DNA of 61,385 bases, taken from Gnetum montanum. Taxonomy: Eukaryota; Plantae; Gnetophyta. Below, piece by piece: positions 24,722 to 39,821 of the stretch. The stretch is from positions 1 to 61,385 of the forward strand of contig MNCI01001880.1 of the NCBI GenBank assembly GCA_015680685.1, in the 5' to 3' direction. The stretch's first letter is position 1. Every line of letters begins with the position of its first letter. A program made the translations under genes and the position numbers. Under the pieces are notes generated by a model. The model made no database searches, was not told where the DNA came from, and saw nothing but the letters and a program-made list of their open reading frames with translations.

Positions 24722-27700
24722 ATGGATAGGTATGGGATTATTGACTAACTAGAAATTTATTCATGCCACAGTGGAGAGATAAATACAATAAAATTAGGAC
24801 AAAAAAATAAAATTACAAAATTTATTGGAAGTCATGTGGTTCCTAGTGGTAGTGGCTCCTCCATGGGTCTCTTCCCCTTGTCTTGTGCTCCAAGCTTTGA
24901 GATTGATACTGTTGAAGAAGCACCTGATGTTTCTCCTCTTCTATCTAAGGATTATGAGTTGTCCATGTTGATGTTCCAATGTTTGATGGAGTCAGCACTT
25001 TCCTTGAACATGAAAGCTGCGAGAACACTTGATTGGCCTTGACATGCCATGCCGCAAATAACTATCATTCCTCTTCATAGGCTTGGGCCTTGACCTATCC
25101 ACCTTTTTCTTGGTCAAATTGTGCAATAATAGGAGGTCCCTGATGGATGCTAAATGATTGTGCCTCCTACTCTACATGTTCTACATGAGGTCCTTGGATT
25201 CTGCCTCTCCCTGGGCATTTAGTTGTACCTTGAAAAGGTCCTACTTGTTGTCCTCTTTTAGGGGCCATCTATAATCACACAAATATCAATGGTTAGTAAG
25301 GTTATTAAAAGAAGTTAAATTATTTCATACCTTACTTATTACCTTTAGTGATTGTTGAATTCTTTGCTTAGTGTGATTTTAGACTTAGAATTTTTCAAGA
25401 AAGTTTCCTTAAAAGTTTAATGTTGGACCTAGTTTGTTTAGGTGATACATCAAATGACATGTAATGATTTTGAGGAACGTTTGATAAAATGATGACAAAA
25501 GNAATTAGAAGGGTTAAATGTAATCTATAACGATGCAAAAAAGCACAGACATCTTAGATACCACTACGATGATGTATGAATTCTATGCCACATAAGACAC
25601 AAGTCAAAATTCTTGAACAAAGAGATGGGATGAATCATAGAAGGGATTGTATAGATTGGGACATGAGGTAACTGATCTAGGGAATAATGAATCTTGAGTG
25701 TAGGGCATGATTAATGTGTCATTAGCCTGTCACTCCAAAATCAAGACCAAGTCCATTCTCCGATCAATGACATCACATTGCTTCATTCAATGATGGAAAA
25801 CCATCAGAGAATCATGACAGCAAAGCGTATGATCACTTGGCATTTTGTTCAAGGGAGGAGTGATTTAGAATTTCTTTGTGACACATTTATTTTTGTCTGG
25901 CTACTTTGGCACACTTTGTCTTTTTTGTTTTCTTTTTGATGCGTAATCCAGAGAGGCCACCTACCTTTAGGCATGGGTGCATGTCTTTCCAGTGGGAACC
26001 CCTAGAATAGCATTGGGGTTTTTTTGTTTTGTTTTTTTATTGAGTGCCTTTATTACTCTTACTTCCATTTTTTGTTATATCTACAAGGATCTTAGTACAC
26101 CCAGGCTATATGGTAACTCCTACAGATGTCACCAAAGAGAATCCACAAGTCCCCTTAATGTCACACCGTGGTCATTCCCTCTTGGTCCATCCTTCTTCAC
26201 TCAGGGTATAATGAGCACAAAATTACTTTAAGTTTTAATGTTTTCAAGAATATCATCATACCCAGAGTAGAACCTCTTATTAATAGAACAGTTGGGTGGA
26301 TGTGATGGGCTCGCTGTCCAAGTAATTAGTCACTTGAGACTTGATAGCATAGAACAACACCTCAACCAATGAGTCACATGAGTGTTTTATTCATAGATGA
26401 GATTACCCATAAAAAGATAAAAAGATAAAACAATAAATAAAAATATGAACCAACCAATAAAAAGATAAAACAAAAAATTGAAAGATGAAAAACTGGAAAA
26501 CAAAAAATTGTAAAATTAAAGAAAATAAAAATTATTTATTAATTCTACTTGTTAGAATTGAGGATATCACCCATGAATAAATCCTTGAGTATGGCTAGAA
26601 TTAATAAATGAAAAATTTGAATCCAAGCATTTTGGAAACATTGGAGTCTAGTCATATCCAAAGCACTAGGTGTCTTTTGAGGTGGTGGTAGGAATATACC
26701 AAAATTGGGGTTCACACACTTGATTGTCGTAGGCATAGTGGGGTAGATTATAAGATGTGGTCATGTGATAAGGAGTTGACCCATTATGGCACCTGTGACT
26801 GTAAGATGGTATACAAGGATCGATATGTCTCCCTTCGTGGCTAAATTCACTAGGCCGCATGGTTTTTGGAGTATTGATTTGTGGCCCTAATAAAGTAACA
26901 TAAGGCATTGGATTTGAGGAGAAATATGCACCACAGTGTTGGACTTACACCTGGTTGGAGGATGTAGTGGTTTCGGAGCCATGCCATCTCTTTCTTTGGT
27001 CATGCCTAAAGAAAGGATGCTTTTGACATTGTTGAGGACCTCCACTGCTATTGACCGTAGTAGCACAAGTAATGTTTGTGGGTTGGTGCTATGGTGGAAA
27101 ACCTTATGGTACAATCGATGGTGATGTAGAAGGAGGTGAAGGATAAGAATATTGAGGGTGAGGAGAAGTGTAAGGCACATGAGGTGGTGATCGTGTTGGA
27201 TAGGATATGGGTTGATAGTATTGAGGAGAATCATAAGAATGTGATGAGATAAAGGATGTTGACCCAGTTGGGAAAACAAGATGTTGGACTTGATAAGCAC
27301 TTGGGTTCGGATGATAGGAAAGGTGTAACTAGTTTGGGGGTGGCTTCCTCCACGACTGGGATTTTTTCCATTGTGATTGAACATAGTGTTTTTGTACAAA
27401 ATCTAGCTGTAACATTCTTCCCCAATGTTCATGTAAATTTGACAAGATTAGGCATTGACCTTTGCGGTGAATGTACAGGCAAACATTACATTGATATGTA
27501 TGATTAGTAGTTGAGTTCTTATCCTTATTCTCTTCAAGCCTTCTTTCCAATTATCTAGTGGTGTTCTATCTTGTTTCTTGGTTCATCATGGCTCTACCTC
27601 CAATAATATTGGCATATTCTCCACATTTTTCATGTATGCATTCCATCCTCTTATTGATCTTTGCCTCAATTTCATCTAGTGATTGTAATATTGACAAAGA

Positions 27701-28998
27701 TAGTTCCACCTCCTTAAGGTGAGTTGATTTTTCCTCTTCCTAATTATGGACCTTTGTTAGGTTGAGATTTTGATCCTGTTGAGATTTTTCAACATTCTCC
27801 CATTTAGACATTTCTCCTTATTCTTTTTCTAGCTACTTAATAAGCTCGTGGAATTGATGGGTTCGTAGTTCATATAGTTGACCTGGGACATACATCCCTA
27901 AGGTTTCCTTTGTTTAATTATGGAGCCCATCTATGATATGGTACATTAGCCTCTCCTCAGAGAACCCATGGCTTGGGCAGTTGTTTAATAGTGTATAATA
28001 TCTTTCTAAGGCCATGTTCAAAGGTTCATGTTGTGCTTGTTTCCATTCTTGGATTTGTCTCCTCAAGGTTGACACTCTTGCATAGGTTTGATATCTTTCA
28101 TTAAAGAGTTCTACCAGTGCTGGAAACCGTCAAATTCATTTTGGATTTAAAGATCTATACCATACTTTTTCTTGGCCAATGAGTGTGAGAGGAAACAACT
28201 TAAGTTTTTTCCATCCATTATCAATATTGTTCCATACATAGGAATCATGGAAGGCTTGTAGATGGTGTTGCGGAGCAAAATCATAGCCTCCTAAAAATTT
28301 GAAAAAGTTATTTAAATCAAGCCTAGGTAGACAACTTTCTTTATGATGCCTACAAGATATTTGAATAGCCTCTTGTATATGCATTAGGCTCTTAGTGACC
28401 AGCAGGGGTTCATCGTCACTAGGTAGATTATGAGTTTGCGAGTTGAGACGATGTTGTCCTTGTTTATGTTGGCATTCTTTATTTTCTTTGTGAGCTCAAT
28501 TTTTAGTTCCATGCCAATCCCTTAAAAGATAGTCATCCATGTCATGATCTAACGTTGAAGGAATAGAGGAAGAGAAAGAACTAAAAAACTAGTCCTGACT
28601 TTTGTAAGTTTTCCAATCATCCCCTAACAGATTCTTGTTAGTTATTGAGAAGGTCCTAGGCCTTTCAAGCCTCCTCATTATATGGGCTATCCCATCCTTA
28701 CTAGAAGTGTCAGAGTTGGTTGATAAGAATCCTTGGGTATCGTTGGGATACTCATGAAAATATGAAACTCCTACATAAGATTGAGTACTCCAAACTCCTT
28801 CATTGGTTCTCCAATGAATTGCCTTGCTAGATGTCATGTTATCACTGTCTTGTGAAAGAGACATTGTTGTGAATTGTGTGTGACTTAACTAAATTTAATT
28901 TCTTTGCCTAAAATATATATTATTAATAAACTGTTATAGTGATCTTGTATGATATAACTAATTTAGATAACTAGCATTGTCCCCAACAACAACGTCAA

Positions 28999-29977
28999 TG
29001 ATGAGTGGCAAGGTACCCCTACACTCAACCATACGAATATGAGCGTTTCACGCATGATTTGGTTGAACTATATAGATGGGCTAGTTGTGGTATCTAGATA
29101 GTTAGTCATTGATCGTAATTTTCTATCTTCCCATATGATCTAGTATTTTCTTTGTCATGTATGTTTTAGTCTAGAGTGAGGTGTATGATGTGGTCCTAAA
29201 CTAGTGCTACTCCTAGAGGCAATAGAAAATAACCTTAATTAAGATAGGAGGAAAAGGGAGAGAGAGTTAAGCTAATAGGACATAGGGGGAGAGTATCTAG
29301 ACTAGCCTAAGTGTGATGAGCATCCATTCCTTAACCATCCATACACATCTTGGACCTCATGTATGAATACTATTGGGATTACCAAGTGCATATCCTAGGT
29401 ACACTACTAGGATACCAAGTAGTCATACTTAAATGCTCATGATTAAGTTGTACTCATTTCACATTTACTAATAGGGGTAGGAGATGAGGGTAGATAAATA
29501 TTAATTACAAAAGAAATAAATAACAATTAAAATTAAGTGAATATAGCAATGATGAAGTAATCTTGATCTTTATTGGTGGTCATGTGCGTGTCCAAGTACG
29601 TCACACTCGAATAAAGGTTCCATACAATTACAATCATCACACTGCGAGCATGCACTAGGGAAAGGGTTGAGAGGAAAAAATAATAAAAAGATCCTATTCT
29701 AACACTACTTATGTTTTTTCTGTGTGCCCCATTCTGTATTTATAGGCTCACATAGGAACCACAATATCACATATCCGATATCACTTGTTAGGTCGCGATA
29801 TCGCATACTCAATATCAAGACTCATCAGACCTGATATCTTGTACCCGATATCAGGGGTCCAATAACAAAGGTCAGATATTAGCACCTAACAAACCATGAT
29901 TCATCATACCCCCATGATTGAATAACAACTTGTCCTCGAGTTAAAGAAAGTGAGGAATAAGTTCAATTAATTACACA
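28999..29977 (-). repeat. 5' LTR of the Athila-like element
   Basis: Colinear with 23724-24721; the PBS is immediately adjacent at 28980-28998. Confidence 0.9.
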
Positions 29978-30299
29978 GTTTGAGAAAATGATTAACATTT
30001 CTATACATCAATTTCAACCTATATCCTAACCTGCATCCTTATTTTCATCGATGTCCTTTGCTACACAACCTCACTCTGCATGACCATCACTCATGGTGTT
30101 TACCACATTCCATCCTTTCTGAATCCTAGTAAACCCTTCCATCGGATCCTAGGCTATGTAAGCCTCTCATACTCCCTTCATCCCTTTTATCCCTCAAGTT
30201 CCAACATAGGAGTTCTTCTTGTTATTCAACCCTTCTACTATTTTGATCACTCAAGCTCTTCCTTCATTAGCACTACCCATTGCATGGTCTAAGGCTTTC

Positions 30300-32977
30300 A
30301 ACTCCCTTCACAACTGTCTATAGAAATGCCAAAACCCATGGGGATGCCACAATGTCTAGATCAAGGCTTTCATATGATCTAGGACATCACTGAAGGGCTA
30401 AGAAAGCTCAAAGCATCTACTACTCAAATGGTTAAGATAATGGACTTCTTCTAAGATGATCCCATTAGTCCTACAATCCCATAGATAATTCTTCATGCAG
30501 GTATTCCAATCCTCAAGTTGATCAAATACAATAGAGAGGATGATCCCAACTCACACCTCATTAACTTCTATCTTGAATACTTGTTGTTATAAGCTTGGCC
30601 TCATACAATTTTGCATGTCTTTCCTATGTCACTCACTAGAAAATCTTTGGATTCATACTATGCATTATCCAAGAATTCTATTTCTTTCCTAGAAGACTTA
30701 ATTTCATAATTTGTAAACTAATTCAAATATAATTTGAGACCTAACACCATACTAGACTAGTTTATGAAGTTCAAATAGAAGCCTCTTGAACCTATTCAAA
30801 ATTTATATAGAGATGGAATGCTCTCCTCAATGAGATACCTGAAGCCATTGCCAAAACCCATATGCTAGCCATCTTCAAGAGAGTGGTTAACAATTTCATT
30901 AAGTCCAAATTATACTATCTAGATCCATAATCACTTAGCCAAGATTTCTCCCAAGCTAAAACAATAGAGAATGCTACAAATTCTAGTAATTATCCAACAT
31001 ATGTATCATACAAGAACCAACTTATGAGAAGGAATAAGGATAAGGGAAACAAAACCATGTAGTCGTAGACACTATGGCTAAAGAAAACAAGATGACATAT
31101 GCACCAAACATAAAGCAAAAAAGGCCCCTACCATCATCCCTCAACCTTCAATGTTTGGGACCTCTATGTATAAGAAAACTAGGTTTAACTTTGAGAGGAA
31201 TGATCAGTCCAATTATATGAAGTTTCCCATGAAATTGTCTGAGCTACTTGACTAGTTGCTTAGGAGTAGCTATATCCAATACAAGAAAATGAGTAAGAAT
31301 GCCCACAAGAGGCATGACCATCCATGTGAATTTACTAAGGATTTCACTGTAGCAACCAAGGATGATTCACTAGTGTCAAAATATTTTAAACTAAATTGCT
31401 TCTATTACTATCATCAATTGTCTAATCATGATATTGATTTTTGCTTGGCCTTGAAGGATGACTTGCAAAACATGATAGACAAGGAGAGTTAGTGTTAGAT
31501 GTTTCTAACCCTGTTAGGCCCTAGAACCAACACATGAAAGTGTACAAGGATGCCTTAAAATACTAACAATGATCCGCTTACAATAGGCATGTTCAATGTT
31601 AGTAACAATCCTAAACCTACCAGGGAGCTTTTTGTGATTTGGATGCCTCCTTGTGATGAAAGGACTTCAACTTCATCAAGTTCAAGGATACATTTTGTTA
31701 TAAGGATACCATCACCAATACCTCCCAAAGAACTTTTCATCATTAGGGTGCTCCTTCCTACCACTATTAAACCCACGACTTAAGATGACCAACATCCCTT
31801 CATGGTAGCCAATACCACAACCTCTTCACAACTAGACAGTAAAAAATCACTAAAAAAACAATGTAAGAGACTAGCTCATAAGTCAAAGGCTAAGAAAACT
31901 AATCCTAGAAGGAGGTAGGTCCACCAAATTCTACTCCCATTTCAACAATACTAATGAATTCGAATGATCAAGCTACCTTAATGAGCCTACCTAGGAAGGA
32001 TGATAAACAATGAGAAAAGGAAAAGGTGGCCTAAATAATAAATGCTCAAACATGACTTGAAAATCTTGAGTAGAATGGGGGAAGTCAAAGGTGAAATAAA
32101 TAAATGAATAGTGAACAAAATCAAAGACTTCCTCACTACCATGGAGCAGTTCAAGCTCTCCCTTAAATAGAAGAACATCTTATTAAACTTATATGATTTA
32201 GTTATGACCTCTTGTGCCTATGGTAAAGCCTTAGTTAATATGTTGACTTATATTCCTATTAGTGGGGATATTCTAGCTAATCAAGAATCTATCCACATAG
32301 TAATAGTACCACCCTTACCTAAGGAAGAAATGAAGTCAAATACTTTAACATTTTAGAACAATGAGGTAAAGATCAACTCACAAAATGGTGAGGTGTTAAG
32401 AGCTCCTTTATTTATAATAATAAGAGTTGGGTAGTATAAGGTACACTAGGTATATGTTGACAATGAGATAGCCACTAATGTTATCCCCTCCCCTGTCATA
32501 GAATGCTTGGGCTTGGCTAAACAAATTTAAAGCACCTTCACCTCAACACTTAAATCATTAAATTGGTCATGTGTACAAGTGAGAGGGTTAATTTCATTAG
32601 ATTTTGTAGCTACAGAATAATTTTCCACAGTATATGATTTCTTTGTGGTGGAATAGATAATAGGATTCAACCTAGTCCTTAGGAGATCCTAGTTAGACAA
32701 ACTATGAGTTATCTCTTCCCTAATCCATCAATAAATTCATTTGCCTTATGAGGGATGTGAGATTATTATCCATGGGAACAACATGGATTCCTTTTCTATC
32801 AACAATGTTGACTTAGAACATGAATCTAAGGTGGAGTTTCAAGAAGAAGCTCTTGTAACCCAAAACATAGTTGAGAAAACCAAAAAAATTGACCAAGTCA
32901 AAACCAATAATGTATGGGTCAAAAAAGAATCATGGGATGAAATCACATTTAGTGTATTAAGAAAATGGAACAAGTAG
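30300..32977 (+). mobile_element. Decayed gag-protease of the Tat/Ogre-like family (copy A)
   Basis: Gag FPMSLTRKSLD (~30620), CFYYYH..HDIDFC knuckle remnant, FVIRIP repeats, protease VYVDNEIATNVIP (~32450). Homologous to 53150-55574 and 60480-61385. Confidence 0.8.
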
Positions 32978-33289
32978 TATAAAATCATGCAACAAAGTCC
33001 TTACTCATTTTGTAATCTCTCAAAGATTAAAAAGCACTTGCACAATTGAACACTTTACTTACTTTCTTAACCATGTAGCTTATGATGTGGCCTTTAATTT
33101 ATAGCCTTGTCTTCAACTTTTACATTTTACATTATACCTATGGCCTTTAAGTTCATGTCTAGTTTATAATTTCNTCAATAGCCATAGTTGCACTGTGTAA
33201 CAAATGACATAAGCATATGAGAGAATAATAAATAGTCTCATGAGTTAAAGTAGCTAAATAACATTAATAGCCAACAACAATAAAATGAA

Positions 33290-33960
33290 ACAAAATCAAC
33301 CAATGGGTAAAGCTAGGCCATAGGAGGAGGAGAAGCATCATTGCTAGCACCAGGACCATCAAAATCACCAACATCGCTAGAAGACTACAAATAACAAAAC
33401 AATTTAGACAATTAGTAACCATGGTAACCTATAAACATCACCAAAAAAGAATAAATAAAAACTATAACTTAAGGATAACAACCAAAACATTTCTTTTTCA
33501 AACCTTAGGAAAATCCAGGGTAATGTCTTTGGGTTGAATTTCTAAAGATCCACTTTGAGCCTACAAAGAATCTATTCTTTACTCAAGTTGGCCCAATGAA
33601 AATCTTCTAAATCCACACCTACTAAGACCTTTCCATTTTCTACATTTGTCCACTCAGGTGAATCATGAGAAAAGTTAGCAGCAGTGGTCACCCTAAATGT
33701 GGTAGTGATTTGAAGGGTAGGATCATCAATAGCTACCATTGATTCCTCAAACAAGTAGAAGGCATCCTTTGTAGCTATACCTTGTACAAACAACTTGTAC
33801 TTATGTTGTTTCATGACTACCTCATGCCATGATTTTTTGTAGTTCTCTCTTTCCATCTTGTAGAGCAATTTATGAGCCTTTTATCCTATGCCCCACTTCA
33901 AGATGATCACATCACTCCTTGGTCTTATGAATCAAATGCTCCATTTGTATATCCTTCTTT
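33290..33960 (-). pseudogene. 3' end of the antisense accessory gene of copy A
   Basis: ORF 33572-33868 (QITTTFRVTTAANFSHDSPEWTNVENGKVLVGVD) aligns by eye with + strand ~51780-51890 (QIITPFEEASSTTFSIDPLAWTTMDKGKTLVGID). Confidence 0.65.
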
Positions 33961-34109
33961 GCAATGCTTCTAAGTAGATGTAAGTTTAAGTAAGTTAACA
34001 ATTTCACTCATCTTTCTTGATGTAAGTTTAACTAGGGTTGGTACATAAGGTATTAAAATATTTTGTGATCCATCTAGATTACTAGTTCTCTCTCTCTCTC
34101 TCTATTGCC

Positions 34110-35740
34110 CCCCCTCCCCCCCAAGCCCCCCACCATAGAGATAGTAATGTAAAATCTTAAGCAGAAATATCATAGTGCCCAACTGAAGATCATGTGCTAC
34201 ATAGCAAGACTTGTGAGGTTTTATTTTTCTAGATGTATATGTGAAAATCTTGTCCTCTTACATGAGGACACCAATGAAACATTCACTAAAATCATAAGTA
34301 CATATTTTAAAATGTTTTCGGGAAGAGGGAGAGATCAAGATTGTGGTTAATATCAACCTTTTCTTGAACTTGTAGAATAATGTCTCACATGAAGTATCCC
34401 ATTAAAAATCAATATTAGTTTGCAAAAGATTCATTAGAAATAAAGCAATGTAAGGGAATTTCTCAACAAACCTCTAGTAGTATCCAAAAAAATCAAGAAA
34501 TCTTTACATCTTTACCATATTTCTAGGGATTGATCAATCAAGGATAACCATGATCTTGGTATGGTTCACAACTACTCTTATTGTTTAAACCACATGAACT
34601 AAAAATTGGATCTCCTTTTACTAGAAAGTGTAGTTTTCTCCAAGGATCTGCAACATGATCCTAAGATGTTGCTCATGTAGTTGCTCTAATTAAGAAGTAG
34701 TCATTGATGAAGACAATGATGTACTAATCTAGGTAAAGCCTCATGATGCAATTCATGAGATACATGAACACCAGAAGCACATTAGTGTGCTCAAATAACA
34801 TAGACAAAATCTTATAATGATTATACTATGTCTAGAAGATTGTCTTGGAAACATCCTTCTTTGTAAATTCACATCTAATGATACCAAAAACGAAGATTAA
34901 TCTTTGAGACCACTCATGCTTCAAGAAACTAGTCAAAGAGATTATCTATACATGACAAGAAGTACTTGTTCTTTACCATTACTTAGTTGAGCTAATAGTA
35001 GTTGATGAAAAATCTTAAACTACCATCTTTTTTATGAAGAAAATAGAATTACCCCATGGAGATACACTAGGAAAAGCCTACCAGTTTTTGAGAAGCCCCT
35101 GAATTTGAATTTTTAGTTTATCTAGCTAAATAAGGGACATCCTATGCAATGCCTTAGAAGTAGGCTTTACTTAACCTCATGCTTGTAGAAAAACTAGGAA
35201 AATTTAAGTAAAATACATCTAGGAAGTCATGACTTGTTAAGATCTGGTTGATATCATCATCATTAGATTCATTGACTGATATAGCAAAGTAAAGATGGCC
35301 TTTCCACACTAGATGAAAAAATGATTTTTGATGAGACTAATTCTAGATAAACCTGGTGAGGCTTAGTATGAATAATAACCTACACATAATTAGCCAACTA
35401 TAATGAGAGTAACTTATGATGCTAATCTAGAATTTCATCAAACTAAGAAAACCAATTTATATCCACGATTGCATTGTACTTGCCTAGGTTCATCACATGC
35501 CTATCATTGAGCTAAGATAACTAAAGCAAGATGGATATGGATCTGAAAACATGACAAATAGTAAGGACATCACTTACAAAATTGATAAGTAGGCCCCTAT
35601 TAAGAGTCTAAAATCACATTTGCAACCAATTGGCCAACTTTTGTTCCACAAAAGAATGAATAATACTAGAATTAAAGAGAATTAAGATAGGAAAATTGGA
35701 GATGCTGCATTCAGCCTCAAGTATAATGTTGGGATGTACA
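34110..35740 (-). mobile_element. Decayed chromovirus-type Gypsy protease-RT fragment
   Basis: Minus strand: protease-like ILILFNSSIIHSFV (~35640-35700), SVSPWGNSI (~35040-35070), RT core YLD*YIIVFIND (~34700-34735). Confidence 0.7.
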
Positions 35741-38700
35741 TTTATTAGCTGGTTTATGATGACATACATTTAACCTATATCCTAGAGTTAGGTAGTTACT
35801 TGGGCTTGTGGTTATTATTGGTTTTATGTTATGAGTATTAAAGGTTTTGTATGTTCAATCAAGATTAATATGCTAATTCTTGTCTATATTTTGTAATACT
35901 GTGAATATTTGTACATACCATCATGGTATAAACATTGTCTATAATGTTTTTACATTAAATTACTTAATGTTTAGAGTTTGCTAATAATAATTCTATTTCT
36001 TGTACTCTTTAACTAGTGTTAAATATTTGTTATGTCTATTCATTATATTGACATGACTATTCCACTTTAGCTATAAATGTGTTGAATATGGCACTTTCAA
36101 GTAAGTGAATACAACATAGCATATAGACATAATTTACTATTACTTTTTCTCTATTTATCTTCATTTGTAATTAAGATGTAATTTATGTCAGTAATATTAT
36201 GAACACTATAATATTTATGGTCCATTCCAAACTTTATGCTCTTTAATTTATGTTGTGATAGTTATCAAAGTATTTCTACTTTCTTGGACCATATGATCTA
36301 AGTATCACAAAACTCAACATGGAATTAGAGCTTAGATTTGCTAACTTATTTAACTAACACAATCAAATATTGTATGGTGATTTAGTAGTTAGGTGCATTC
36401 AATGTCAAGGAAAGTATAAATACAAACTATAGATTTCTATTTTCATACTTACAAAATCATGAAAATTGTAAAGAACTTAGTACAATAATAAAAATATTTA
36501 TTTCTTAACCTTTTTTGGTTCTAAACTAACATTATTTTTTCAATGATCATTTGGAAAGTGTATAAAATCCATTTTGTAATCAAAATGCTATGGATTTTCT
36601 TATGAATTTGAATAAATGAGTTATTTTATGATTTTAGGGTTGTTAATAATGTAGATTTAAAATTTATGTTGTAAATTAGTTTCTATATGATAGAAATCAT
36701 TGTGTAATGACTTGAGTTCACAATGAATGTTATCTTTTATTATTTAAACTTCAATTCTAGAAAGCCCTAATTTTTTGTTGATTGTAAACAAACTATTTGT
36801 TGAAATGGATCATAGTGAAAGTGGATGAGGTAAGTCATGGGGATCTTCAAAAAGGAAGTATGATGATCATACCCCATTAATGACTTCCTCATAAGATATG
36901 CAAAATGACACATTATTACCATCACCACCATTAGCACTATGATCAATAAGTCACTATGGAAATCCTTATGGAAAAGCCTTTAGATTAGCATCAAAGGACA
37001 ATTTTAAGAAGTTGAAATTACAATGTAATGATTGTCCATTATGAAGCTATAGCCAATAAAATAAGAGACTTAGAACTGTTGTTGTTGAAAGAAGAATATG
37101 TCAAATGCTTGATGTCTAGAATTAGTCATTAATATTAATTATATTATTTGACATTAGCCACACAGTTAGTAAAGTAGGGTTATAATGTTGAACTAGAGAG
37201 GTCAAGTCTAACATCATTTGTTAAGTGCACAGTATCAAAGGATATTATGGTGATTAACAATTTTATAAGGATCTACAATAATAGCTAGTTTATTTATCAA
37301 GCTAAAACAACTTTGAGATTCTTCCAAATTCAAAAGAGATTCATATAGTTTTGTTTTCAAATGTTAACAAAAGTTTATCATTAAAGAAAGTAATTTTTTC
37401 CATGCATTAGTTGCTAAAATTCTTTGTTACTAAGGATGAAAGGAAAAAGGCTTGCATTGTTGCTACAATAAGAATCCTGATTTCATAGCTCAAGATATCA
37501 TAATCTAGCATGGCTAACATTTTTACTTGTTGGGTAGTTGTGAATGAAAAAAAATGTAATCTCTTAGCCTATGTTATATTTTCTCTATGTTGTGATAAAG
37601 GAGGGAGTCCATGTGGATTGGTTGCCTATTCTAAAGATGGAAATAAATGGATAGGTATTATCATATTATACTACATTTACCCTTCATTTTTCCTATGGAA
37701 ACCTTTAACCAACATTTGTTAATGTTTTTAATAATGTGAACATTATGAATGTCACTTTATTAGTGAGAAGTAATAATAATGAGTTAGTTTCATGGTTATT
37801 TCTTAAAGTCTTCTTAAAGCTAGAGTAGACTATCATGGAGCTTCTAGAAATAAAACAACTTGCTAATATCTAGCTTGAGAGATGGAGAAAAGTTGAGTAT
37901 GACTACTAAACTTCATCCATGATGCATGCAATGATGCAACACAATAGTTTTGAAAATAAATTTTATGCATTATGAAATCACCATTAATTTCTTTAGGATC
38001 TCTATGGAGAAGGACACCATGGAGGAAACCTTATAAAATAAATCTGTAAGGAAATATTTTGAGAATCTAAATGTAGATGATGTTCTATCAATAATTAGAG
38101 TCATGGTTAGTNCAATAAATTTGTAAGGAAATATTTTGAGAATCTAAATGTAGATGATGTTCTATCAATAATTAGAGTCATGGTTAGTAAAGATCTTAGT
38201 AAAGTCTCTAAGATGAACTCCATCATCATAAGTAATAATTTATTATATGAATTAATTTTTATTCATTACACCATGGTGGGATATTATTTAAAAGTAGAAG
38301 CCTACAGTGAAATATTGATAAGTAATAAAATAGGTTTTGATGTTACTTTAGCATAAAATATGGTAAAAATAAAGATTTAATATTTGCTTATCAATAAAAT
38401 GACAAATATATCAAAGCTTTTGGAAAATTGAAAAGAGAAGTTAAAGGTGCACTAAAGTTTATAAATAAGTAATTACAAGAGTTAACAACATTAAAATAAG
38501 AAAGAAACATCATGGGTTCTTGTATAAAGATAGAGCTTACAAGCAGAGTAGAGGAAATGATGGTGAGAATAATGGAGTTAAATGGTAATAAAAGAACAAT
38601 GCAAAATAAGATCTCTAAACTTCGAGAAGATGTTTACTACTTGCAAAACTATAAAAATGATATCACTAAATAGAAGAATGAGTTGTAAAAAAATTTTGAT

Positions 38701-39304
38701 GTAGAACAAAAGTAACTACATTCCATCATGAGAGATCTACAAAAATAGGTGTGAATGAAAATTTTATAGCTCACTACAAAGAATTTCTGAAATATGCTCT
38801 TGGTAAAGGTTATGATCTTTAACATATTACTACTATGATGTCATCATTCCTTACGATAGGCTACACTAAAGTTCAAGCTAAGATGTAGAAGATGGATGCT
38901 AATTAAAAAGTGAAAGAGTCAATTGAAGATGTTTCACTATCATCATTTGAAACACTTCAGGTTCTTGAAGAATCCATGGTGAAGGAATTTATTCTAGAAT
39001 TGAAGCCTAAATTATTATCAAACATTTTTAATAATTTGATAAAAGTACATATAGACTCATTTATTCATTGATTGTTTAAGTAATTATTTTGTTATTTGTA
39101 TTTACTTAAGTTATAATCTCTTTTGTTAGATGGTAAAGGTATTTAACTTTTAATTTGTCATGATAAACATGTATTTCTGTTATGTGGTTAATTATTTGAT
39201 TATGTTGTAATATATTTTGAAGGAGATAATTACCCCTAGTATCTCTAGTAGTTTTTCTTGCATTTTAGGAACTAAAAAATGATCAACATAATCTACAACA
39301 TTAG

Positions 39305-39821
39305 TGTAACATCCCATTTCTTGTTAAGGGTGGAAACAAATTGTGAAAATGTAATTAACCCTAAAATGAAGGGATACCTAATTATGAGAAGTTATGATTA
39401 TTCATGTATCCCTTGAGAATGGGTTTGACCTCTACAATTTAAGGTTATGTTTTGAGGTCATACCAACATGGAGTTATAGAACCTAGAAAGGCAAGTAACA
39501 GGAGCCAGGTGAAGTAGGAAAAGAAAGGACTAATCATTCATTTGGCTAGACAACTTAATTGTGGTGGTAGTGTATGATTGCCTCTAAGGCTTAAGTGGCA
39601 TGGAAAGATAACCCAAAGGGAATTATAGTACTCTCTCTTATTAATGAATTTTTTTGTTTTCTTTTCTATTATGAGTACCAATTATGCATTTAGTAGTTAA
39701 TTCATTATTTCAATATTTTATGATGTTTCCATTGTATTACTTAAGAATGCAATGAATTAAGCGATGAATGATCATCTTTTTATGACATCCAAGTACAAGA
39801 TGTCACATTTGGTATTGAAGC
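39305..39821 (+). mobile_element. Chromovirus-like LTR with degenerate tRNA-Met PBS
   Basis: TGTAACATCC...GATGTCACA termini (39305-39807), followed by TGGTATTGAAGC. Confidence 0.6.

Larger units (their letters stand above)
23724..29977 (-). mobile_element. Non-autonomous Athila-like LTR element (gag only, no pol)
   Basis: ~1 kb direct repeats at 23724-24721 and 28999-29977 (TGATGAG...TTACACA). Degenerate tRNA-Asp PBS at 28980-28998 on minus (TTGACGTTGTTGTTGGGGA vs TGGCGCCGTTGCCGGGGA). Gag LKLFPLTLIGQEKVWY at 28136-28384. No RT or INT motifs in the 4.3 kb interior. Confidence 0.85.

Noticed and set aside
34086-34132. (CT)n and C-rich tract
   Set aside because: Ordinary simple sequence at a TE junction.
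35725-35740. GGGATGTACA as an LTR terminus
   Set aside because: It lies in frame just upstream of the minus-strand protease motif; no partner LTR or PBS.
38034-38188. Near-exact ~77-bp tandem duplication
   Set aside because: Also split by a single N; assembly artefact.
35750-39300. Possible LTR plus PBS (TGGAATTAGAGC ~36320) and coiled-coil ORF relics
   Set aside because: Too degenerate to assign a family or boundaries.
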